A stretch of DNA of 64,000 nt from Deltaproteobacteria bacterium. Lineage in GTDB: Bacteria; Desulfobacterota_D; UBA1144; Nemesobacterales; Nemesobacteraceae. The stretch spans positions 857 to 64,856 of the forward strand of contig JAJCZR010000065.1 of assembly GCA_029262295.1 (NCBI GenBank). The letters run 5' to 3'. The position numbers were made by a program, and so were the translations under genes. How positions within the stretch are numbered: position 1 is the first letter of the stretch; each line of letters starts with the position of its first letter. Of the stretch, positions 56,392-64,000 are shown piece by piece. The notes under the pieces were generated by a model. The model saw only the letters and a program-made list of their open reading frames with translations, searched no databases and was not told the origin of the DNA.

Positions 56392-58110
56392 CTATTTTCT
56401 AGATTTTAATTTCAAATCTGTATTATTTCTATCCCATGTGTTATCGGATCTTCTTTTAAGCTCCGACACAGCTATTTTTTGTGTGGAAGTAACAGGGTAG
56501 TTTTCATAAATTTCAATAAACCTGGGCACCATTGCCACCATTACTTTTCTTGCCATCCACTCGCTAAAATCAACGGGGTCAAAGTCTTCACCTTTTTTAA
56601 GAATTATATTAAGTTTAATTTCATCATCGGAAACATTTGGAAGCCTTATTCCAACTGCCATTGCATCATGAATTGCTGGATATCCAAGTGCCAAATCTGC
56701 TATTGCAACTGGATCCACATTTTCACCCGAAACCCTGATTCTGCTGTACCTTCCCTGAAAGTAATATCTGCCGTCTATACCTACTGCAAAAAGATCATCT
56801 GAATTAAAAAAACCATCCTGATCAAAAGCCTCACTGGTTCTTTTCTCATCTTTGAAATACTCGTTAAGAGTAGTGTGCGGAACAAGCGGCCTTATAAAAA
56901 GAAGCCCCTTTGCTTCTTCAGGAGGAGTAGGCTCATTATCAGGATCCCAAAAATACCTTACGACTTTATCAGTGTTTTCAGGGTCTCTTAACTCTAAATA
57001 ATATCCCTCAAGCGGAAATCCTGCAGACCCCGGCCTTTCATCTTCAGGGTCTTTCCAGAGCACCATTCCCATCTCTGTTGATCCATAGCCTTCCATTACT
57101 TTTGTATTAAACCTTTTTTCAAATTCTTCTAAATTCTTTGGAGCAGGAGCTGCGAGGACAAACCTTATATTATGCTTTTTATCCCACTCAGACTCAGGGG
57201 CAGCCCAAACATACTCTCCCACAGCACCAAGCATATTTACACCTGTAGCGCCAGAATTTGCTGCCCACTTCCAAAACTTTGAAGCTGAAAACTTGGGATA
57301 AAAAACGCATGAACATCCTGCGGCAATTGAAGCAAACAGGCAAAGCACCTGTGCATTTGCATGGCCCAGAGACAAAATAGACATGAGCATATCTTCGCTT
57401 CTAAGCCCCTCCTGCTGAATAAAGGAGCGAACAGTCATTATTACCCCACCGTGATTTCTTATTACACCTTTTGGTAGACCTGTGGTGCCGGAGGTAAACA
57501 TGCACCTCTCCATATCCGCAATTGTTACGCCCACACTCGGATTAAATTTCTCATAGTTATCAAATACAGAAAAAGGTGCTGCATCTATTTCCCCAATTTT
57601 TTCTGGCACCTCACCTGATGTTATAAATATGGTTTCAAGGTTTTTGAGTTTGTCTGATATTTCAAGAATATAAGGAAGGCTTTCTTTATCAACTATAAGT
57701 GCTTTCACCTCAGAATAATTTATTACATAGGCAAGCCTTTCGCCTTTTTCATCCTTATTAATCGGCACCTGCACACCACCCGTTTTATGGACTGCAATTA
57801 TTGATAGCACATACTCAGAGCAGTTGAGCATATACATACCAACTTTATCACCTTTTTTTATATCAAAAGCCTTGATTAAACCACTTGCAATCTGATTTGC
57901 CCTTTGATTGGTCTCGCAGTAGGTATGGCTTTCAACAATATTCCCTTCGCTGTCAGCCATTTTAAACATCAATCTGTCGGGATAAGCATCCGCTCCCTTT
58001 TCAAGGTATCTTGTGATTGGAAGCCAGCTGTTGGTGTTTTCAAAAGTGCCGTTTGGAATATTTCCCTTTCCAATATATTTTTTATCTCTTGGTTTGAAAA
58101 GTAAACGCAT
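56392..58110 (-). CDS. CaiC-like AMP-forming acyl-CoA ligase (paralog B)
   Basis: FTSGTTGLPKG, GYGSTE, RVSGENV, TSTQK; colinear with paralog A. Confidence 0.87.
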   Translation of the reverse strand: MRLLFKPRDKKYIGKGNIPNGTFENTNSWLPITRYLEKGADAYPDRLMFKMADSEGNIVESHTYCETNQRANQIASGLIKAFDIKKGDKVGMYMLNCSEYVLSIIAVHKTGGVQVPINKDEKGERLAYVINYSEVKALIVDKESLPYILEISDKLKNLETIFITSGEVPEKIGEIDAAPFSVFDNYEKFNPSVGVTIADMERCMFTSGTTGLPKGVIRNHGGVIMTVRSFIQQEGLRSEDMLMSILSLGHANAQVLCLFASIAAGCSCVFYPKFSASKFWKWAANSGATGVNMLGAVGEYVWAAPESEWDKKHNIRFVLAAPAPKNLEEFEKRFNTKVMEGYGSTEMGMVLWKDPEDERPGSAGFPLEGYYLELRDPENTDKVVRYFWDPDNEPTPPEEAKGLLFIRPLVPHTTLNEYFKDEKRTSEAFDQDGFFNSDDLFAVGIDGRYYFQGRYSRIRVSGENVDPVAIADLALGYPAIHDAMAVGIRLPNVSDDEIKLNIILKKGEDFDPVDFSEWMARKVMVAMVPRFIEIYENYPVTSTQKIAVSELKRRSDNTWDRNNTDLKLKSRK

Positions 58111-58134
58111 ACTATTTTTCCTTATTGTTTGGAG

Positions 58135-58710
58135 TTAAATACTTCGGGCAATCTCAATAAAGTTTTTTAAAAGTTCCCTTCCACAATCCGTAAGCACTGA
58201 TTCGGGGTGAAATTGCACTCCTTCCATCGTCAATTTTTTATGCTTTATTCCCATAATTTCATCTTCTTTTGTCCAGGCAGTAACCTCAAAATCATCGGGA
58301 AGAGACCCCTTTTCTATTAGTAAAGAGTGATACCTTGTGGCCTCAAAAGGGTTTGGGAGGCCTTTGAATACGCCTTTGCCATTATGGTGAATTGGAGAAG
58401 TCTTGCCATGAAGTAGCCTTTCAGCACGAATAATATTGGCCCCATAAGCATGGGCAATTGATTGATGGCCAAGGCAGACACCCAGTATTGGTTTTTTCCC
58501 GGCATATTTTTTTATAATATCCACAGATAATCCTGCTTCATTGGGTGTGCAGGGGCCAGGAGAAATAACTATGAATTCAGGATCAAGAGAATCGATAGTA
58601 TCAAAATCAAGTTTGTCATTTCTGTAGACTTCCACTTTTTCTCCAAGCTCACCGAAATAATGAACAAGGTTGTATGTGAAAGAGTCATAATTATCAATCA
58701 TTAAAATCAT
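58135..58710 (-). CDS. trpG: anthranilate/aminodeoxychorismate synthase component II
   Basis: [32 protein letters not shown]. Confidence 0.92.
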   Translation of the reverse strand: MILMIDNYDSFTYNLVHYFGELGEKVEVYRNDKLDFDTIDSLDPEFIVISPGPCTPNEAGLSVDIIKKYAGKKPILGVCLGHQSIAHAYGANIIRAERLLHGKTSPIHHNGKGVFKGLPNPFEATRYHSLLIEKGSLPDDFEVTAWTKEDEIMGIKHKKLTMEGVQFHPESVLTDCGRELLKNFIEIARSI

Positions 58711-58721
58711 TTTTTAATCCT

Positions 58722-60206
58722 TTACAAACCGGCTTCAGCGAGCTCAACTGCTTTAACCAAAGCCCTTACCTTATTAACCGTTTCCTGATACTCAGTCTCA
58801 GGGACTGAATCGGCAACAATTCCGGCCCCAGCCTGAATATATATTTTATTGTTTTTTATTACAAAAGTCCTGATTGTGATACAGCTATCCATATTACCGG
58901 AAAAGCTAAAGTATCCGATTGCCCCGCCATAAGCCCCTCTTCTTGAGGGTTCAGTTTCCTCAATAATTTCCATCGCCCTAACCTTTGGTGCACCAGATAA
59001 AGTGCCAGCAGGAAATGTGGCTTTTATCACATCGAAGGCATCTTTGTTTTCACTAAGATCTGCAATCACATTTGAAACTATATGCATAACGTGAGAGTAT
59101 CTCTCAATTGTCATAAGTTCATCAACTTTCACAGTGCCCACTTTTGCCACTCTCCCAAGATCATTTCTTGCAAGATCAACAAGCATAATATGTTCTGCCC
59201 TTTCTTTGGGATCGGCTAGTAGGTCTTTTTCAAATCGGAGATCTTCTTGTTTATCTTTGCCTCTGGGCCTTGTGCCTGCAATAGGTCTGTTTTCAATTTT
59301 ACTTCCTTCCACTCTTACCATTACTTCAGGGGAAGAGCCCACAATTTTCTGATCACCCATATTTAAATAAAACATATATGGAGATGGATTTAGCACTCGC
59401 AGGGCACGGTAAAGATCAAAAGCATCAACATTGAGATCAGTTTTCCATCTCTGTGATATTACAGCCTGAATTATATCCCCGGATTTTATATACTCTTTGG
59501 TTTTTAAAACGGCTTCCTTAAATTGCTCCGGCTCAAAATTGGATTCGAGTTTTATACTTTTATTGTTTGTATTTGATGCTGAACTTGTGAGGAAACTCTC
59601 ATTTATACTACTTTGCAGCTTTTGTTTTAACTCAGCAATTTTATCGACAGCATTTTTATATTCAGCCTCTGCATCCCCTTTATTTGGTACATAGGCATTG
59701 GCAATAATTTTTATTTTGTGATTTATATTATCAAAAACAAGCACGGAGTCCGTAATCATATAAACTGAGTCCCAAAGCTCGAGCTCATCTTCGCCAATCT
59801 TTGGCAACTCTTCAATAAACCTGACTGTATCATAGCTAAAATAACCAACTGCACCGCCATGAAACCTGGGAATATCGTCTGAGACAACAGGCTTATATCT
59901 TGACAAAAGATCTCTCAAGGCATCAATTGGATTTCCAGTAAACTTTTTCACCTCTCCTTTCTCAATGATCTCAATATCGCAACCTTTTGAGCGAAACACA
60001 ACCGATGGATCAGTGCCTAAAAAACTGTACTGGGCCCATTTCTCTCCGCCTTCCACACTTTCAAGCAAAAAGGAATAATCAGAAGAATCTATTTTTCTAA
60101 AAGCGGAAACGGGTGTATCATAATCTGCAAGTATTTCTTCCCAAACGGGAATTAAATTGCCTTTTTCCAGCTTTTCCAGATATTCATCATAAGAAGGTGA
60201 GATCAT
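58722..60206 (-). CDS. trpE: anthranilate synthase component I
   Basis: LLES, NPSPYM, PIAGTRPRG, EHIMLVDLARND, GTLSGAPK. Confidence 0.94.
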   Translation of the reverse strand: MISPSYDEYLEKLEKGNLIPVWEEILADYDTPVSAFRKIDSSDYSFLLESVEGGEKWAQYSFLGTDPSVVFRSKGCDIEIIEKGEVKKFTGNPIDALRDLLSRYKPVVSDDIPRFHGGAVGYFSYDTVRFIEELPKIGEDELELWDSVYMITDSVLVFDNINHKIKIIANAYVPNKGDAEAEYKNAVDKIAELKQKLQSSINESFLTSSASNTNNKSIKLESNFEPEQFKEAVLKTKEYIKSGDIIQAVISQRWKTDLNVDAFDLYRALRVLNPSPYMFYLNMGDQKIVGSSPEVMVRVEGSKIENRPIAGTRPRGKDKQEDLRFEKDLLADPKERAEHIMLVDLARNDLGRVAKVGTVKVDELMTIERYSHVMHIVSNVIADLSENKDAFDVIKATFPAGTLSGAPKVRAMEIIEETEPSRRGAYGGAIGYFSFSGNMDSCITIRTFVIKNNKIYIQAGAGIVADSVPETEYQETVNKVRALVKAVELAEAGL

Positions 60207-60302
60207 GGTTTGAAAATCATAAAAGGCATTAACTTAAAGTCAAGATAACATCTGATAAATTACCAATGAAAAACTACCATTATTTTTTAAGGAGCGTTTA
60301 AA

Positions 60303-61664
60303 ATGACAAAACTGGATCCCGAAATATTCAGGGAATACGACATAAGAGGTATTGCCGGTGAGGTATTAAATGAGCAGGTGGTTGAAACAATTGGAAAAGC
60401 CTATGGCACTATGGTTAAAAATAAGAATGTGAAAAAAGTTTCAGTGGGCCGCGACTGCAGGGAAACTTCTCCAGCATACTCAAAAGCTTTAATTAGAGGG
60501 CTTAATTCCACCGGTATTGATGTTTTGGATATTGGCCTTGTTACAACACCTTTGGTTTACTTTTCGCTTTTCAATACAGATGTGGATGGTGGAATTATGG
60601 TAACTGCAAGCCATAACCCAGGTGAATATAATGGACTTAAACTTTGCATACGAAAAGACTCACTTTTTGGAGAAGGTATTCAGGAATTAAGAAAAGTTGC
60701 TGAAGCTGGAAATTTTGAATCAGGAAATGGAACCGTAGAACAAACTAATCTTTTAGAAGATTACTTTAAATATTTAGAAAAAAATGTTGAGATAAAACCA
60801 GGCTTAAAAGTAGTTGTGGATGGTGGCAATGGGACAGGTGGATTAACTGCACCGCAAATCCTTAAAAGGTTTGGATGTGAGGTTATTGAACTTTACACAG
60901 AGCTTGACGGTAATTTTCCTAACCACCATCCTGACCCAACTGTTGAAGAAAACCTCATTGATCTAATAAAAACTGTGAAAGAAAACAACTATGATGTTGG
61001 ACTTGCATTTGATGGCGATGCCGACCGAATAGGCGTTGTGGATGAGAACGGAGAGATAATCTGGGGTGACATGCTTGTTTTAATTTATGCGCTTGATGTT
61101 TTGGAACAGAATAAAGGTGCAACAATTGTGGGGGATGTTAAATGCTCGTCAAACCTTTTTAACGGAATCAAAAAAGCGGGTGGCAATCCTATTATGTGGA
61201 AAACCGGACATTCCCTAATAAAGAGCAAGATAAAAGAGGAAAACGCTGCCCTTGCCGGAGAGATGAGTGGGCATATTTTCTTTAATGATAAGTTTTTTGG
61301 CTACGATGATGCTGTTTATGCGGGGCTTCGTCTTTTGGAAATAATGTCAAAGACCGGAAAAAAAGTTTCAGAACTTTTATCTGATATACCAAAGACATAT
61401 TCTACTCCTGAGATAAGGGTTGACTGTCCGGATGATATCAAATTTAAAGTTACTGAGATTGTGAAAAACAAATTGAGCGTGGGTAATGAAGTAGTTGATA
61501 TTGATGGGGTAAGAGTTGAATACCCAGATGGATGGGGGCTGCTACGTGCATCAAACACGCAGCCTGCTTTAGTGCTAAGATTTGAAGCCGAGTCTGAAAA
61601 AAGATTAAATGAGATCAGGAATAAAGTGGAATCAACTTTAGAGGAAGCGAAAAAAGAGGCGTAA
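60303..61664 (+). CDS. phosphomannomutase/phosphoglucomutase (AlgC-like)
   Basis: FREYDIRG, TASHNP, DGDADR, GEMSGH, RASNT. Confidence 0.94.
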   Translation: MTKLDPEIFREYDIRGIAGEVLNEQVVETIGKAYGTMVKNKNVKKVSVGRDCRETSPAYSKALIRGLNSTGIDVLDIGLVTTPLVYFSLFNTDVDGGIMVTASHNPGEYNGLKLCIRKDSLFGEGIQELRKVAEAGNFESGNGTVEQTNLLEDYFKYLEKNVEIKPGLKVVVDGGNGTGGLTAPQILKRFGCEVIELYTELDGNFPNHHPDPTVEENLIDLIKTVKENNYDVGLAFDGDADRIGVVDENGEIIWGDMLVLIYALDVLEQNKGATIVGDVKCSSNLFNGIKKAGGNPIMWKTGHSLIKSKIKEENAALAGEMSGHIFFNDKFFGYDDAVYAGLRLLEIMSKTGKKVSELLSDIPKTYSTPEIRVDCPDDIKFKVTEIVKNKLSVGNEVVDIDGVRVEYPDGWGLLRASNTQPALVLRFEAESEKRLNEIRNKVESTLEEAKKEA

Positions 61665-61667
61665 GAA

Positions 61668-62597
61668 TCAATCCTTTTCCTTTAAATCTTTAGGAACATA
61701 AGGAACCAGACTATAGTAATAAAAAAGATGCAGATACTTGGCTTCAGAATCACCGCAGCTTGGTAAAACCTTAACAGCATCATTTAGCACAATTGAATTT
61801 ACACTGTAAACAAGACCTTTTGATTCAACCCTGAATTCAACAGAAGTATAGACATCTCTATCTTTTTCATATTCCCACTCAATATCATAAATCCCAAGGT
61901 CTTTGATTTTCTCCCTTAAAAAATAATCTGAAACCTGTGAAGTCTGAGAATAGCAAGATCTTCCGCGAAAACAGTCAAGATAAATTTCTTCTTTTAAGTG
62001 GGATCCAATAAGAGAATTTACATTTTCAGGGTTAACCCTTCCATAATAAATACCTTCGGGAAGTGTTACCAGATTAGCCGAAAATCTGTGAGCACCCACG
62101 TGTGTTGAATTCCAAGCTGAAATATTCTTATTATCTTTAATGCTGTTATAAACCGGTACACCTAGTTTGCCACAGCAAGTGTCATAAGCACCGTGAGTGC
62201 AGACTAAAACAATTTTTTCATCTGATTCAGAATCCCTTATTTCCCCTGTTTCTATAAGGTTTTTTATATCAAGGTTAATAATATCTTCGTAGCTGTTTAG
62301 TGAAAACTTATAGAGCTTTGGCTCAAACTCAGTGGATTTTGCATAGTAAAAGCCGATATTCTGCAAATCTTTTGTATCTTTTTTAATAAACTGAAGTCTT
62401 GAATTAGGAAAAGAATCCAAAAACTTATTTATACATTCCTTTATATCTTCCGAAAGTGAACTACTTAAAAGTGCATCTTTATTCCAGTTGCCATTATATT
62501 CGAGCAAAAACCAGTTATCCACTCTCGGAGCAGTGCCGAATAGCTGCTCACCTGATTCAGCGGATAGCTCGGAACATGATTTTCTTTTCTCAGACAA
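61668..62597 (-). CDS. sucrase-ferredoxin (thioredoxin-like [2Fe-2S]) family protein
   Basis: GTAP...W.LLE, CTHGAYDTCCG, HVGAHRFSAN, YYGRV, FRGRS; TTG start with GAGG RBS. Confidence 0.88.
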   Translation of the reverse strand: MSEKRKSCSELSAESGEQLFGTAPRVDNWFLLEYNGNWNKDALLSSSLSEDIKECINKFLDSFPNSRLQFIKKDTKDLQNIGFYYAKSTEFEPKLYKFSLNSYEDIINLDIKNLIETGEIRDSESDEKIVLVCTHGAYDTCCGKLGVPVYNSIKDNKNISAWNSTHVGAHRFSANLVTLPEGIYYGRVNPENVNSLIGSHLKEEIYLDCFRGRSCYSQTSQVSDYFLREKIKDLGIYDIEWEYEKDRDVYTSVEFRVESKGLVYSVNSIVLNDAVKVLPSCGDSEAKYLHLFYYYSLVPYVPKDLKEKD

Positions 62598-62760
62598 AGT
62601 ACAACCTCAAATTAAAAAAGATATATGAATATAACCTTGAATATATCATTCTAAAAATCATTAAGTCGGTATTCAATGGGAATTATGATAAAGCAAATCT
62701 GTCAACGAATTACTTAACTTTTACAATATCATAAAATTTGGTTTTCTTTGAAAAAATTTA

Positions 62761-63378
62761 TTAGTTATCAAATTTCAATAATGCCTTGCCATGGGTTTGG
62801 TTTGCAATTTCATTTGATAACTCAGTTAATACAGCTTCAGATACTTCAATTTGTATAATCACATCATCAGCGTAATTAACTTCTTTAACTTCAACATTCA
62901 CTGAAGATAAGAGATTCCTTATTGCATTTTCATATTCATAAGAAAAAGTGATGCTCACGGATATAAGCGGAACATATTCAATAAGCTTAAGCTCATCGAG
63001 AGCAAGTTGAAGTGAACTGGAATAAGCTCGCACAAGACCGCCTGTGCCTAGTTTTGTCCCTCCAAAATAACGTGTGACAACAACAACTATCTCGCCAATT
63101 GTCTTATGCTGAAGAATATTGAGCATTGGCATTCCGGCTGTACCTGATACTTCACCATCATCTCCGAATCCAACATCAGTAGTGCTAAAAGGATTCCCTG
63201 CTACAAAGGCATAACAATTATGTGAGGCATCAGAGTATTCAGAGATAACTTGATTAATAAAAGCTTTGGCTGAGTTCATATTTGTTGCACGTCCAACAGT
63301 TGCAACAAACTTGCTCTTTTTGATTTCCTGCTCAACTATTACAGTTTCGGAAGGAACTTTGTATTCACTTTTACTCAT
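62761..63378 (-). CDS. yigZ: YigZ/IMPACT family protein
   Basis: IKKSKF, ASHNCYA, DDGE..GTAG, RYFGGTKLGTGGLVRAY. Confidence 0.93.
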   Translation of the reverse strand: MSKSEYKVPSETVIVEQEIKKSKFVATVGRATNMNSAKAFINQVISEYSDASHNCYAFVAGNPFSTTDVGFGDDGEVSGTAGMPMLNILQHKTIGEIVVVVTRYFGGTKLGTGGLVRAYSSSLQLALDELKLIEYVPLISVSITFSYEYENAIRNLLSSVNVEVKEVNYADDVIIQIEVSEAVLTELSNEIANQTHGKALLKFDN

Positions 63379-64000
63379 TCATATTCCAAAAATGATTCAA
63401 CGGGCCATTGCCACCGCCAATTTTAAAAGAATCATGAATTGCACCTGTGACATATTCCTTGGAAGCTTTAACCGAATCCAACAAATCCATGCCCTTTGCA
63501 AGATTTGCACAAATTGCAGCAGAATAAGTGCAACCAGTGCCATGTGTGTTTTTAGTATTAATTCTCTCAGTTTCAAATTCTTGGTAGCTATCTCCGTCAA
63601 AATAAATATCCAAAGCAGGAAACTCATTAGCAAGATGGCCGCCTTTTAATAAAACTGCTCCACAACCAAACTTTATAATCTTTTCCGCAGCTTTTTTCAT
63701 ATCTGATGGATTTTCAATTTTATAAGATGTAAGAATTTCAGCTTCGGGGATGTTAGGAGTTACTATTTTGGCTAAAGGAAAAAGAAGTTCTTTATATATA
63801 TCCACAGCAGAGTATTTAAGAAGATCACTTCCATCTTTAGCTTTCATTACTGGATCAATTACAAGGTTTGTGGCTTTATGTTTTTTAAGTTTATTTGCAA
63901 CTGCTTTTGCTATATCAATATTTGAAAGCATACCAAGCTTTACTGCATCAAAACCAATATCATTTGCAACTGAACTAAACTGAAGTTCCACAAAATCAGC
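63371..64000 (-). CDS. thiD: hydroxymethylpyrimidine/phosphomethylpyrimidine kinase, 5' end outside the window
   Basis: KLGML, DPVM, TPNIPEA, KGGH, THGTGCT, GPLNH. The frame stays open to 64000 (ADFVELQF). Confidence 0.94.
   Translation of the reverse strand, partial: ADFVELQFSSVANDIGFDAVKLGMLSNIDIAKAVANKLKKHKATNLVIDPVMKAKDGSDLLKYSAVDIYKELLFPLAKIVTPNIPEAEILTSYKIENPSDMKKAAEKIIKFGCGAVLLKGGHLANEFPALDIYFDGDSYQEFETERINTKNTHGTGCTYSAAICANLAKGMDLLDSVKASKEYVTGAIHDSFKIGGGNGPLNHFWNMNE

Noticed and set aside
746-63983. Numerous short antisense or overlapping ORFs in the track (e.g. 5112-5633, 10950-11192, 31350-31841, 47493-48020, 50629-51156, 62456-62734)
   Set aside because: They are shadows of well-supported genes on the other strand or frame, with Ser/Phe/Ile-rich composition and no motifs.

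Overview
AT-rich bacterial chromosome segment, roughly one-third GC by eye. The gene set and synteny look deltaproteobacteria-like, possibly Candidatus Dadabacteria; this taxonomy is an inference. Most of the window is housekeeping: aroA-cmk-rpsA-sppA, lipA, ppk2, apgM, lon, ferritin, egtBD, ggt, nadBCA, glnD, dnaB, oadGAB, rpmH-rnpA-yidD-yidC-jag, tadA, trpEG, PMM/PGM, yigZ and thiD. I saw no tRNA, rRNA, CRISPR array, integrase or classical IS transposase. The accessory layer is richer. (1) A 95-aa GIY-YIG nuclease gene is tightly bracketed by a 29-bp inverted pair (28/29 identical) of YGTC-tagged hairpin repeats. About a dozen related repeats are dispersed through the window, showing compensatory stem changes, empty inverted doublets, and a second 23-24 bp mini-element nested inside them. 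Together this resembles a REPtron-like mobile system with a GIY-YIG nuclease in place of a RAYT transposase. (2) A low-GC tcmP + DUF5131 pair in which tcmP is frameshifted at a T9 tract inside its SAM-binding motif. (3) Five toxin-antitoxin loci: three intact, one MNT with a truncated HEPN bounded by 27-bp direct repeats, and an unannotated ccdAB relic. (4) A PilB-N-terminal/NPF-linker/PilG-like receiver protein inserted between yidD and yidC, a degenerate ECF42-type sigma factor, and duplicated CoA ligases next to trpEG. The ORF track missed several small genes: a cupin fragment, a ferredoxin, rpmH and the HEPN fragment.
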